Position numbers and translations under genes: made by a program. A stretch of DNA of 64,000 nucleotides from Blastocystis sp. Blastoise. Its lineage: Eukaryota; Protista; Bigyra: Opalinata. The notes below the pieces were generated by a model that was not told the origin of the DNA, made no database searches, and saw only the letters and a list, made by a program, of their open reading frames with translations. Below, piece by piece: positions 23,630 through 37,957 of the stretch (position 1 is its first letter; the number at the start of each line of letters is the position of its first letter). Location: the NCBI GenBank assembly GCA_039096225.1, contig JBBPEB010000009.1:434001-498000 (forward strand), written 5' to 3'.

Positions 23630-26329
23630 TCTTATTTTTCTTTTTCTTTAATATTTTTTACATATTATATATATATATATATTTTCTCTTTTTTTAAACT
23701 TATTTTTATCTCTTTTAGATTATACCTTTTAAATTTTGACATTATATACATATATCTAACTGTTTATAGTTTTTTTAGACTTCCTCTTCTCAACAACAGT
23801 CACAATGAGAACAAATCCATTTTAACTCAAACAACTAAGTCATCTCAAAACTGTTTGAATCAATTAATATAGACGTCTATAACATAATTTATCAATTTAA
23901 ACTGATTTTCAACTCTCAAAAGTAAGCAAACCAAACACACATGTTGACTTTAAAACGTTAAACTCAGTATTAAAAGATAGTTTTTATAGAGTGGACATAA
24001 AACATTGATTTAAACAAAAAGGAATGGAAACAATTCACTCTTGATACAACTTTACCATTTGACAAAACACTCATCCACAATATTTTCCAAAGTTCTTTTA
24101 GTAAAGTGTTTATATAGACATATAATATATAAAATGAAAGTCAACTTCTTGAATCTCTTTGTTTAAGATAGTCTTTAAAACATTTTGACAAATTGACAAC
24201 CTTTAACTTGCTATTTAAAGCTAATATTTTAAGAATAAACTTGATTCAGACATGTAAACACAACTGTCATCATCATAACACTTTTAAAGACACTTTACCA
24301 TTTGGTCATACACTTTGATCAAAATATTTTCGTCCCTTCTTTTGACATAATATAGACTGTGTGGTCTAGTTATATGAAAGTGAGGGGGAATTTTGAATCT
24401 CGTCCTCTAAGTCAATCATTTTCACATTTTTAAAAATTAAGACCCTTAGAGTTGATTTTTTAAGTTAATTTTTCTACAGTGCTCCAAAAACACGATTTTG
24501 CACAAACTGAAGTAAAAATATTTTTTCAATAACTCTCACAACCCTTTACACATGCAGTCTCTAAAAATAGTTTTTGCTATATTTTTGATATGTTGTAGAG
24601 TGTCTCTTAGTGTATACTGAACAATATCTCGTTTCTTAAAACTCTCATTTTATGACTCTCTTTGAACATATTTTTACTAATTGAAAGGCTTAAACATATT
24701 TTTAAAAGCTAATATTTACATAGTAGACTTTAGATGACTCTATAAGCACATTAGTCAACACTTTAGGCTTTTTAAGAAGACTTTACCATTTGGTCATACA
24801 CTTTGATCAACATATTTTCGTCCCTCCTTTTAACATAATATAGCTCATACACTCTAGTTTAATGAATAACCACTCAAATATTGAATCTCGTCCTCTAAGT
24901 CACTCATTTTTACATTTATTTAAATTTAAGATCCTTAGAGTTGTTTTTTTGACTCAATTTTTCTACAGTGCACGAAATTCACGATTTTAAACAAACTGAA
25001 GTGAAAATAAATTTTAAATAATAGTCACAACCCTTCACACATCCACTCTCTAAAAATTATTTTCTTTGAACTTTTGATATGTTGTAGAGCTACTACAGCT
25101 GTACACTAATTAATATCTCTAAATTTTTTATTCATAGTTTAAGACTATGTTTTACACATTCTTTTGAATTTGACAGCCTTAAACTATTTATTTAAAGCTC
25201 TTATTCAAAGAATAGACGTGATTCAACATTTTGAACACATATAGAAACCATTTTACTTTTTAAGACACATTTTGTCATTTGGTCATACACTTTGACCTTC
25301 ATAATTTTGACTCTCCTTTTAACATAGAATAGAGTATTATCTCTAGTTTACTAAACAAAAGTCATTATATTGAATCTCTCACTCTAAGACCACTTAATTC
25401 ACATTTTTTCAAAATTGTGACACTAAAACTCATTATTTTAAGATCACGTTGCTACTATAGTAGTTTGAGGACCTATTGATTACTATGCTGTAATATTAGT
25501 CGATTATAAGAAGATCGAAGAAAATATCGATCACTCAAAAATCGTCCTCAGGAGCTGAAAATCGCTACACCTAGGTTTTTGGACCTCCTGAATCAGAATA
25601 TCATGTCAAATTGACAATCTAAATTTGACCGTTAAGGCCTCACGTGTTCAATATGAAAAAGTATTAAAAAATAGATAAATATAAAGAATAAACACGGATA
25701 ACGTATATTGTGGGATTGAGAAAAAATCAAGTTTACCCCATGTTTATTTTCCAATTGTCTGGTCAACAATTTTTATCGGGGTCATCCCAAAGAGCCAATC
25801 AAAAACGACTCAAAAATCATGTTTTCTGTTCTTTTATTAATATCTTTTTAATTATAAACAATATCGCTTAACCAAATATACGGTGCACAACTACACGTTA
25901 TATCCTATTGAACTGTGTTTCACTCAAAAGTTAACTCCCCGTAAGTTTAGAGGAGTTGCGGCGACAAACTATAGTATACCTTAGCCAATCAAATGCATTT
26001 TCCAAAAACTGACCAATGGGAATTTTTTTGCCTATTCTCATATATATAGTAATGATTTCAAATAGAGTTTGCCATTAAATAAAAAAGGAAAATCTTATGA
26101 TAATTCATTTTATTATAGGTGTTTTATTATTATTTTATAAATTGTTTTTGTTAATTATTTTATTATATTGCTTTGTGATGTTTTTTTGTTATTAATTGCT
26201 TCATACATATAATACAAAATTTAAAAAAAACTAAAACTTCTAGGATATGATAATATATCTATTAGAATAAAAACTTTTTTAGATGATTATTTGTTAAAAA
26301 CTGAAAATGTTATTGTTTCCATTTTGTAG

Positions 26330-26550
26330 TTTCTTAATACTATCATTGGTTAAAGTCAAATAAAAGCAGTCAGTTCATTTGTCATTATAACTATTTAATC
26401 CAATAGAAACATTTTAATTTGATTACTGTTTAGAAAAAGAAAATTCTATAATTTTCTCTGTAGTTTTATTAATACTTTCATTGGTTAAAGTTAAATAAAA
26501 ACCTTCAGTTTATTTGCCACTAAAATTATTTAATCCAATAAAATCAATTT
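26330..26550. repeat. Two ~135-bp direct repeats containing ATTGG/CCAAT boxes
   Basis: TCATTGGTTAAAGTyAAATAAAA...TATTTAATCCAATA occurs at ~26343 and ~26478. Confidence 0.75.
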
Positions 26551-27252
26551 TTATTTATTCGATTTCCCGTGTAACTCTTATACTTACTGTCTTAAAAAAT
26601 CTGATAATAAACAAGTCAGGAATTCTCATTTGTCGCTTTTTTCCTCCCGTGAAAACAGAATAACAGTGAAATATTATGAAAAAAACATTTTGTTTGATTA
26701 AAACATTGTTTATTATATATTTATTACATTCATAAAGTGTTCTATAGATGTTTTAAATGAAAATAATCTAAAGAATAATATACTGAATTTTTGATCGAAT
26801 TCTCATTACATATATTTAATGATTATAAAGATTTCTTAGCCACATAAATAGATATAATAATTATTATTCTATATTAATTTCAATGAAATATTTGAATTTA
26901 TGTTAAAAAACCAAATTTAATTGTTTCAAATAACATGAATTACTCATATATGAATATCACATTCACATATACATTCATAATACATTGATTCTTTCATATA
27001 TAAGAATACCAATTTCAAAAACACACTCATTTCTTTCTTTAATTAAATCATATTCAATTCAATATTCTTCTTTATAAATCATTCTATCCAATAATACTCA
27101 CATTTTAATCAAAATAACATTTATAAACCATTTTAATCAAAATATCAAAAATACCAAGAAAAATCTCTTCTTCATACTTGATTTTTCATTATTTCGATAG
27201 TTATCGATTGAGTTACTGAAAGTTACTTTGTTTTTTAGAATTAATAAAGGAA

Positions 27253-29506
27253 ATGGTGAAAGAAGGAGTTCTACTTGATCTTGATTCTTTCAATCAACTA
27301 AAGGATATTGCTTCTGGATTTGATGAATTGATGAAGAAAGTTGTTGATGGATTCACATCTATAGTATCTGAAACTCTATACACTGGAAAAACATTCCATG
27401 ATGTTCTAAAGAATTTAAATAATAATGTTAATGAAAATGAAGAAGATGGGAACTTAGATTATAAACAATTTCAAAATGAAAAGAAAAATAATGTGAATGA
27501 AACTATGAATATGAGTAAAAGATATTATAATAATGCTGTAGATACTGATTTGATTCGTTTCTCTAGTGATGGTCCTGTATTTTCCATATCTAAAAGCATT
27601 CTTAGTTCAATTCAATATTCTTATATATATGAACAATCTGAAGAAGAAATGAGAACTAAAGATGGAACTATATTTCTTGATTATCGAGGAAACGATATTT
27701 ATGTATATTATTTATTAGATTATTTGAATGGAAAAGAAGTTGATTATAGTGTATTTGATATAAAAGACAAATTGGAATTACTTCATTTATATGAATTTTG
27801 TAATATAATAATTCCTGTAGAATTAGTTGGTTGTCGTGAACAAAGAGATGATAATAAAAGGAAGTATAAAGAAGGTGATGAAGTTTCTCTTTTTATTAAT
27901 GGAAAGAAAGAAGATGTTATAAAACAATATTTAATTAAGAATGAGATTTGGAATGCTTTTATAATGAAGTATAATGATGGATTCGTTGATTATAATTTTA
28001 TTGATAATTCTTTCTCTATGAGTTTGAAATGTGATACTATAAAATATATTACTCAATATGCTGAACATGAATTTTGTTATATAGTAGAAACAGTTAATAA
28101 TTATTTGAATATTAATTTATTGAAAACAGAAATGTATACTCTATTTGGTGATAAAGGAAGGCAATGTATTATAGATATGATGAAAAGACCTATTGTATTT
28201 CTAGAATCAAAGATTATTAATAAGAAATGTTTTGAAACTCCATTAGTAAATTGGCTTGGTAAAGAAAAGAAATGGAAATTATTATTTAGGTATGTTATTA
28301 TTATTTATTATTATCTATGTTTATAGAGCAAGTGAACATGATTTTAAAGCAAGTGAATTCCATAAATATTGTGATACTTAATGTCCTACTGTAACTATTA
28401 TTAAACATATAGGTCATGATGATAAGATTAATATATTTGGAGGATATACTACTCAATATTGGGAATCTAGAGAAGAAAATTGTATATATATTTATTATTA
28501 TTATTTATTAGTATAATACAATATAGGTTGGAAATATGATAGTGGGTCTTTCTTATTTACATTAAGTAATGAGCATGATATTCCTCCTACTAAATATGAT
28601 ATACTTGATCCTTTTAATGCATTATATTGTGATATGAATAGTGGCCCTCATTTTATGGATATGCGTATTAGTGATGATTGTCATAATAACAACGATAGTT
28701 ATGTTAATGGTAGAACTGATGTATATTCTCATAGTCTTACTCCTCAATTCCGATCTTTATTTGTGAATACAGCTGGTCCACAAGAGCAAAATTGTTTTAC
28801 AGTTGATGAATATGAAGTCTATGAATTAATACCAAATCCTGATTTATATTTACCAAATTCAATTCTTATTAATGAAGAAATGGGTTTTGAGTTAAGTAAA
28901 TGGTTTGGTAAAGATAAAGAATGGGAGTTATTATATAGGTAATATTATATATTATTTATATATTGTTTATAATTATATATTATTATATATAGATGTTCTG
29001 ATGAGAATAGAAGTGTAAAGAAATGGCATGAGAAATGTGATGATAAAGAATCATTAGTAATTATACAAGGAAAAGGACAAGATGGTCAATCGTATATATT
29101 TGGAGGATATACTAGTATTGGTTGGGGAAAGAATCATAATGATATGGAAAATCCACTTCGAGAAGGTACAGGATGGAGAACAGATTCAAAAGCCTTTTTA
29201 TTTTCATTAACAAATCCTCATGGACATAATTATACTAAATTAGCTATTAATCCTGAATATGCAAATAGCGCCTTAATTAGTAATGATTCATCATTTGAAC
29301 TTACATTTTGTTGTGGTATATATTTATGTACTCAAATTGATAAAGATCGATTTACAAATGGTAGTAATGAATTTTTATTTAATGAAGATCCCGTATATAT
29401 ATCTCCTTATCCTGAATTAGGAAATAGTTTCTTTGTTAATACTAATAAGCCTGATAAGGATAATATCTTTGATTTAATTGATTTTGAAGTATTTACGAGT
29501 TATTAA
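27253..29506 (+). pseudogene. BTB-like + tandem TLDc-domain gene with one in-frame TAA
   Basis: WKLLFR|ASEH..F...FHKYCD, IFGGYT, FLFTL and EYEVY motifs, with a second TLDc copy after intron 28939-28993. TAA at 28379-28381 lies where paralogues have Q/K. Confidence 0.7.
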
Positions 29507-30095
29507 AATGAAAATAATTATCAAAATAATTTATCTTCTTTTTTAAATCTTTTTTATTATTTGTTCTTTTAAATCTTTTTTATTCAAATTAACGTATATG
29601 TCATTAATAGAATTTATATGTATACATATACAGTACATATATATTTTTTCTTTATTATACACTATATATATTTATATCTACTCTTTTATTAATTATTTAG
29701 CATTTTTTTAATTAAAATATATATTTTTTAGAATTATTAACCTCACAATGTAATGATATTTTTGTTCTATGATAATTATTTATTCTATAATATACTATTC
29801 ATTCAAATTAAAAAATACATGAATTATAAATAATATCCAACAGTAAGGACATGAATATATTAAAATATAATATTATATAAATTAACAAAAACGTTTAGAT
29901 ATTATTTCTATGATGTCAATGATATGTAGATTCTATGATATATTTCACAATTACTAAACATATAAGAAATAGCAACAAATAAAAATGATGATAAAAATAG
30001 TAATAACTTATAATACAAATATTTAAAAAAGAAATATATATTTTCAGAGTATTTCAGATAGATTCATTCATATAATAGAATATATATAATATATA

Positions 30096-31637
30096 TTAAG
30101 CTCTTCCCCAGACTTCATAATCTTCAACTTGAAAGTAATTCTTTTCATCTGGACCAGCAGTATTTACAAATAAGGATGACTTTTGAGGAGTATCTATCCA
30201 TGTAAAAGAAGAAGCTTTTGTATATGTATATACATTGTCAGTATTACATTCATCACTTAATGCAATATCTAAACCACTTCCAAATACAAGACCCCAAGAA
30301 GAAGAACAACATATACCTCTACCATTACCATTATGTAGATAGTGAGTAGGAGGAATACCATGCTCATTACTTAATGTAAATAGAAACTCTTTAGAAGCAG
30401 GTTTACCTTCATATAAACCAGATTCCCAACTTTGATCTGTATATCCTCCAAATATATTAATATGATTATTATGACCTATATGTTTAATAAGTATAACTGT
30501 TTCTCCTTGATTATCACAATACTTATGGAATGCTTTTCTTGAATAATTATGTTCACTTGCTCTATATATATAATGATATAATATAATATAATAATAACAT
30601 ATATACCTAAATAATAATTTCCATTTCTTTCCTTTGCCAAACCAATTTACTAAGGGAATTTCAAAACATTTCTTTTCTATTATAGTGGAATTCATAAATA
30701 CATTTAATTTTCCTATCATTGCTTCTTTCACAGCTTCTCTTCCTTCTTCACCAAAAAATTCATATATTTCGTTCTCTAGTAATTCTTTATCAATATGACT
30801 AATCATATCTTCTTCTATATATATATATCTATTATTCACATATTCAGTAATATAATCAATATATTCATATTTCTTATTCACATAAAAACTTTCATCAATA
30901 TGATTAAAATCAATAAATCCATTATCATAATTCTTAACATATTCATTCCATAATCCATTCTTAACTAAATATTCTTTAATAGTATCATTCTTATTTCCAT
31001 TAATAATCAATTCTATTTCATCTCCTTCTTCATATTTCTTTTTCTTTGTATCTCTTCTTGCTCTACAATCTATTAATTCTAAAGGAATTACTAACCCACA
31101 AAATTCAAATAAATCTAATATTTTTAATTGTTCTTCATAAGAAAGAGAATCAAAATCTACTTTCTTTCCATTCAAATAATTAACTAAATAATAAACAGAA
31201 CCATCATTACCTCTATAATCTAGATATATAGATCCATCATTTGTCCTAAGTTCTTCACTACATTGTTCTTCAATAAAAGAACCTTTCAAAGTATCTAAAA
31301 CAGATTTGGATATTTGAAATATAGGACCATTATTGGTAAATCTAATGGAATTCATATCATTATCATCATTATTCTTCATATTGACATTCATATTCTCATT
31401 TTTATCACTTTCATAAGCAGATTTCATTTCAAATCCATTTTTTCCGCTTTTATTATTAATATAGCCATCTCCAATATGTTTTATAAGTCTATTAATCGAT
31501 ATTCTAGAATGTATTCCAAGATTCATTACTGATCCAAATACATTAACTACGTCTTTCATCAATTCTTCAAATACATTAATATCCTCCTTCAATCTATTGA
31601 ATTTATCAATATCAAATAACACCTTTTCTTTCACCAT
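30096..31637 (-). CDS. BTB-like + TLDc-domain protein
   Basis: TLDc motifs WKLLFR/ASEH, FHKYCDNQG, IFGGYT, FLFTL and EDYEVW. In-frame 45-nt intron at ~30563-30607. Confidence 0.85.
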   Translation of the reverse strand: MVKEKVLFDIDKFNRLKEDINVFEELMKDVVNVFGSVMNLGIHSRISINRLIKHIGDGYINNKSGKNGFEMKSAYESDKNENMNVNMKNNDDNDMNSIRFTNNGPIFQISKSVLDTLKGSFIEEQCSEELRTNDGSIYLDYRGNDGSVYYLVNYLNGKKVDFDSLSYEEQLKILDLFEFCGLVIPLELIDCRARRDTKKKKYEEGDEIELIINGNKNDTIKEYLVKNGLWNEYVKNYDNGFIDFNHIDESFYVNKKYEYIDYITEYVNNRYIYIEEDMISHIDKELLENEIYEFFGEEGREAVKEAMIGKLNVFMNSTIIEKKCFEIPLVNWFGKGKKWKLLFRYICYYYIILYHYIYRASEHNYSRKAFHKYCDNQGETVILIKHIGHNNHINIFGGYTDQSWESGLYEGKPASKEFLFTLSNEHGIPPTHYLHNGNGRGICCSSSWGLVFGSGLDIALSDECNTDNVYTYTKASSFTWIDTPQKSSLFVNTAGPDEKNYFQVEDYEVWGRA

Positions 31638-33211
31638 TAATGAAATAATGCTAATTAAATAAACATAGTTTTTTCCCTGTTTATTTTTTTTTCAATAAAT
31701 TTCTTATTTTTCTTCATTATTCTCTTACTATTCACATATAAAAATTAGAATTATATTAAATGATTAATATTGAATGCGATCTACAAAAATATCTCAATAA
31801 TTTTCCAAAATAGGTAACTCATTGTGGATCTTCGCTTATTCTTTTACTTAAAATGATGTATTGAATACTAATTAAAAATATAGAGGATACTAAAAGCAGA
31901 GCTGTATGTCTAATCAATTTATATTTCTTACATCATTTACATTTTGATTGATAACTAACTTATTTTTAATATATACGTTTCTATTATTATTTACAATATA
32001 TCCATACATTTATATCTGATAACTATTACTTATCTAGAAATGAATAACTCTATTCTTTTGGTAATCATTCCTGATTTCTGACTATATTTAATACATTATT
32101 ATTTATTTTTATATTATATTTGTATAATATGTTTCTATTACTCAGATTGAATTACTTCTATTACTCTTGATAAAATTATCACTCCTGTTCTTTCTAACTC
32201 CTTCTTCTTACTCTTCCATGTCTATTGTATATTACTTTACTCCCCTATATATTTTTACAATAATTTATGAAGACATCAAAATTAGCATATTCATATAGAT
32301 AATATATTATCATATATTTATGATGAATAACAACTATCTTTGATATTTTATTCAATAATATATTATTGGTAATAGAAATATATATTGTTTATGTGTATCG
32401 CTTATGTATCAATAGATACATATGTGAATTAAATATAATTTTATTTTACCTATAAGTAGTACATAATTCTCAAATAATATCGTGTTTAAAATTATTTAAT
32501 ATTTAAATCTAATAAGAATTAAATCATAAAATATTTTATTACTCTCAATGCATTTTGATAAAAATATATTTCTAACCAAAATGTATAATAATACAATTAT
32601 AATTAGATTCGTTAGTATTTTTATTTAATTATGTATATACTCATATCGTTATAAACTGTTATATATTAATATGAAAAATAGGTTTCATTAAAATATGTGT
32701 TTTAATTATTTTAGAACATTTGTTGAAGAACTGTTTTACTAAGTATAAAAAATGTTTTATAAAAATAGTAAATAAAACAAAAAAAAAACAAGTATTATTT
32801 ATAATCTTAAAATATATATTAAATTGTTTATCAAGAAGTCATTCACTTTTTTATATTATATAAAAAAAATGTTAAAAACAGCTTTAATTAAACATGACGA
32901 TATTATTCAACTAATTATATTTATGTAGAATTATTTATAAAATTTAAACTTCATGAAAACTATAAAGTTAAATTCATAATAAACATTATATGGTATTCTA
33001 TAATATATATTATTTATATATATTATAAAAATATATATTTTATTTAATCACTGTAGTTTCTCATCAAATAAACAAGAAAAAATATTAATAAAATTATATA
33101 TATACTTTATAGAAACGTTAATACATGAAAAACAATAATGACAAGACATTTATAAGACAATATAAGTATATAAGATATAAATTATCACATATACAAAAGA
33201 ATTAAATATAA

Positions 33212-36200
33212 TTAGAAAAATTCATAATCCACGTGATTGTTTTGAATAAACGAAGAATCATTTAGTAGTTGTTTACATATATTCCTTTGTTCATAAATAG
33301 TATAATCTATATAATACTATTAATTTAAATAACTATATGTATACATAACCAAAAATAGAATTCTTTCAATTTAGGAAATTTTCCATTAATAATAAAACTG
33401 ATAAGTTTTGATAATTGTTCCTCATCATAAATATATAATGCTAAACTTTTTATATTTTGAGTTTTATTTTCATTAATACACTCTAATAATGTTTCTATCT
33501 CATATTTACTCATTGTTGCATCTATATATATAATATGTTATTATAAAAAAATATATACTTTGGATACCAATAATTGTATTTATAAATGAATTAGTATCAT
33601 ATTTACATCGAAGAATTGAATTATTTGGGTCATAGATATAATCATCATCATTATTATTTTCCCATTCTATAGAAATATAATAATAATGAATATAAATGGA
33701 ATGATTTAATTGATGGCATACCACCTAATCGGACAATACATGAGGATGGAAAGTTGGTATTATTTATATAATTACAAATTGTTTTAATAAAATCTAGCCA
33801 CCATTCTCTATCGTAATAGTTATCTATATATATATGTATTATTTAATAAAAATAATTATTATATAAAGAAATACGTGTACATAAATATATATGATTCATA
33901 ATAAAAAAAAACATTATTATTAAAATATATACAAAACTTGATAGACTTTAGTTGAGGGAAATTATCTGTAGTATATAGTTTACAAAAATTATCATCTGGT
34001 ATATCCTTAATAACTAAATAAATATTCATAAAAAGATTAGGATGAAATGTAATATATTATAGGTAAAACATTATATCATTTAATATATATACTTAAAAAT
34101 AATTCAGTTGTATTATGGAAACAGCCTTTAGGTATTAATCGATTTATAAAAGATATAGTACAATCTAGCAATAATAATAAAAATTAATAAAATAAACAAT
34201 TTTTACAAAAAATAAATATATAAATAATTACCTTCGATTTTAACAATAGAAGCCTTAGAAATTAATTTCTCTACTATATTTTCATAAGCAGTTAAATATT
34301 CAGATAATGAGTCTTCTTCCATAGAATATACTATATATATATTCATATATTTTATTATATAACATACAATCAATTTCTAATTTATGAATAGTATTAAACG
34401 TATTATCATTAAAAATTGTTGATATCCATGTTATATATTCCATACTTATATTCTTATCAACTATAGATATTAAACATAAAAATAATAATCTAATTAAAGA
34501 AAGAAAATACATGAAACATATAAATAATTCAAATGTTTTAATATATAAGTATTTAAGAATCTTTCTAATGCATTTCTGACATCATCTTCATTATCTTTAT
34601 CATCTATAAATGAATAAATACTAGTAATATTATTATATATCAACAATATATATATATAATTTTTATTTAAAAAATACCTTCAAAACCTATTTCTAAACTA
34701 TTAATACTGTGTTTATAGTTGTCAATAGACTCAAACAAATTTATATTTGCAGAACGAGAAGAATAAACTTTAAAGAATTGGATATAAAATATAAAAAATA
34801 TTAAAAAATAAGTTAAAAGAATAAAGAATATTTCATACGTGAAAGATAATCAATTGAAATCAGATTCTTTTTAAACAATTCATTTAAATGCGGGAAATAA
34901 CAAATAAAATCATCTATATTATAAATAAACATATATAATAAATTATATATATAGTATTATATTCTTAAATGTAAAAATATATATAATATACATAATTATA
35001 CAATTTATATTAATATGAATTGAATGAGTATAAACTATTTCATCCAAACGAAGAACTATTTCCTCTTTTTCATAACTATCAATTTTATTTATATGAATAG
35101 TATCAATCATAGACATTAAATTAACAGGAAATAGAGACTTAAAATATTTTGTATCTATATTAAGAAAAATAGTCTATTTATTAGTATGTAAATATACTTA
35201 TTTCAATTTCATAGTTGATAATATGTAATTTTTGGAAGCATTCTTTCTTTATTAAAGACAATTTGAATAATTCTATATATATATGATGGTATATATATAT
35301 ATATATATATACCATCATCATCATCATCATTATCATTATCATTTTCATCATCATTATCATCATCATTGTATATGAGTTCAGTAACATTTGGAAATACATG
35401 AGTTGTCATTATTTTGTAAAATAGATTATAATCAATTTCATTAGTCAATTCTCTAACTATATAGAATTATAATAATAGAAACAATATTAATAATAACTAG
35501 AAAATAATACTCCAATTAACATTTAATGTAGTTAAAGAATCGAAAACACCTTCTTCTAATAATTTCATACAAATTACAGAATTATTTTGACAATCGAAAT
35601 CTAAAATAAATTATTTAGTTTATTAAATATATTTTTTTTACCTTCATTTAAAATGATTTCTGAAATAAACAAATGCGAAGGAAGAAGTAATAATTGAGAT
35701 ATACCAAGTTTAGAAGATATATTATTAATACTATTATATATATATATAAATTCATGACAATTCATTAAAAAAATAGAATTATATACCAAAATGTTTTATT
35801 TTTTGTTTTTTCTATATAATAATAATAAAATAAATGAATTTATTGTATATATTTACCATTATATTGAATACTGACTTCATCATTTAATGTATACTTATCT
35901 TCTGTTTCACTTATTTCAACATTTGAATAATCATTTGTATATATAGCTTCATTAACTATACTCTTGTTCAGTTTACATAATTGGTTACTTTGTCTTCTTC
36001 TATTATAAGAATCAATAAAATCCTCAGAATAATATATTTTATTAAAATCTAAAGAAGAAATCTTATTATATTCATTCATTTCGGATTCAGTATAGCACTC
36101 ATATTTTTTATGTTTATATACTCTACATGCATCATTATATAATAAGCAATTATATTCCATTATATAGTCATCACTATTTGGATTTAATAATAGTGCAGTC

Positions 36201-36484
36201 TCCTTATAATGCGTATTCACTATATAATAGATTTATTAGTATCAATTCTATATATATATATATACCATTTATTGTTATTTCTTTTAAAGATGGGAATATA
36301 TCTTTAATACACAATGGACATATATATTCTAATGGAATATTCGAAGAATAATCATCTATATATATATCATTATTATTCATTATATAAAATTGATTTACAT
36401 GTAATATTAATATTAGTAATATTCATCATTTTAAAAAGAAGAGAATAATATAAAAATTCGTCTTTACGTTTAGGTGTAAATAAT

Positions 36485-36550
<66 letters not shown>

Positions 36551-37047
36551 ATTAATAATTATTTTTTTCTCTTCTAAATTGAATAACTCCATAGGTATAG
36601 TTGAATCGATATAGTTATCATAAGATCCATTTATATTATAATTATTGTCTTTCAAATATTCATCGAATAATTCTTTAACATGAAATAATAAATCACTTTG
36701 AATTTCATTATGAATGGTAACTGAATATTCATAAAGTGTTTTATATATATCATAACTATCTTTCAAATCTAATGATTCAATATCAAAGTTTTCTTTCATC
36801 AAAAAATCAATCACTTTATTCATAGGAGAAGAAGGTATATCTATATAATAGCTACCATCCTCATATTTCTCAGAGTGTTCTATAATATCATAAAAGGGTA
36901 ATTGCTGATATTTCTCAATAAATTCTTTAGGAATCCATAATTTTGTCTCATCTTGGAATGTAAATAAATCTAGAACAACAAATAAATATTTCTCAATAAT
37001 ATTTAAATACATTTATCTTCAGTTAATTGAAAATCACTTGTTGACAT
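33212..37047 (-). CDS. Multi-exon protein of an expanded family, with BTB-like N-terminus and LRR-like FPxLxxL repeats
   Basis: FTFQDETKLWIPKEFIEKY...YYID; motifs THVFPNVTEL, FPQLKSI and FPKLKEF; many GT-AG introns. Confidence 0.65.
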
Positions 37048-37957
37048 CACTTGAATTCAACTATAATGACAATGTAATCCGATATTAATATACTTATAAA
37101 TATATTTTTTATATAATATATTAAATATATACTTTAGAAAATGTTATACTCTATTATAAACATAATAAATCATTAATAAAAGAACAAACAAAACTTGCAA
37201 ATTGTTTAGAAGAATCTTCATGAAAATAAATAAAAAATGATTAGAGAATTGCTAAAAGACCGCGAATATATTTTGTAAGATTTATTTTGTTGTATATGTT
37301 TTTTAAGCAATTTATAAGCATTTAAAATACTTTTATAGATCAATTTATGCAATATAGATTCGTGTAAAGAAAAAGAAATACTGATATCAATTGATTTTTG
37401 ATTTTTTTATTTGATTTTCTTATTATTATACTTGTTCAAACCTTGATTTTATGCTCTAAGAATTCTAAAATAATAGATAGATATGATGAAGTGATTCAAA
37501 TTCTGTTTCTATAATGTGAATGAAGTCTTTTTAAGATTAACTTACGAATTATTCAATAATTTTAATTAATATGATTATATATATATGAGTCTCTAGTTTA
37601 TTTCATAATTAAGAATAGAAATATACGTTAGTTTAACCACATAAAAACGTATTTTGTGTAATATTTGATATAAATTCATAATAAAATACTTTTTTGAGTA
37701 TAATAACAATCCTAATATATAAATATTCATTAAAATGAATCACATATTCAATATTGACTGATATAAATAGATAAAACCATCAATCCTGGATTTTCAAACT
37801 TGTGAATTCATTTGAGGGATTCAGTTTACAACTGAAATTGTTTTAATAGTTTTATCATTTTATTATTGTCTATTTTTCATTCATATTCAATATTTAACAC
37901 GTATTTCTTATTTTAAACACAAATATAAGATATCTCTGTTATTAAAATAATAATATA

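Larger units (their letters stand above)
19125..26055 (-). mobile_element. Non-autonomous Helitron, copy B (6931 bp)
   Basis: Reverse complement of 27-6910 with few SNPs/indels and one extra 50-nt intron. Same TC start (26055), hairpin (19135-19171) and CTAG end (19125-19128). Flanked by A and T on the minus strand. Confidence 0.93.
1..26822 (-). mobile_element. Outer, formerly autonomous Helitron (RepHel plus cargo genes); 3' part lies left of the window
   Basis: RepHel gene at 6911-12267. Candidate 5' end on the minus strand at 26822 is A|TCATTAAATATATGTAATGAGAAT, resembling the inner elements' TCATTACTATATATATGAGAAT. Host genes begin at 27253. The boundary is inferred. Confidence 0.5.

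Noticed and set aside
26-26056. Single giant TIR transposon (Maverick/Polinton or foldback)
   Set aside because: No TSD and no integrase, polymerase or DDE transposase. Each arm has its own Helitron ends and a reconstructable empty site.
26-26056. Fold-back assembly artefact
   Set aside because: Identity stops at biologically meaningful termini, and the arms differ by SNPs and a precise intron. Read-level confirmation is still needed.
28379-28381. TAA reassigned to an amino acid (also in-frame TAA at ~4101, ~4723, 15869)
   Set aside because: Long AT-rich ORFs (1372, 637 and 594 aa) have no internal TAA, and conserved genes end in TAA. Pseudogenisation is the simpler explanation.
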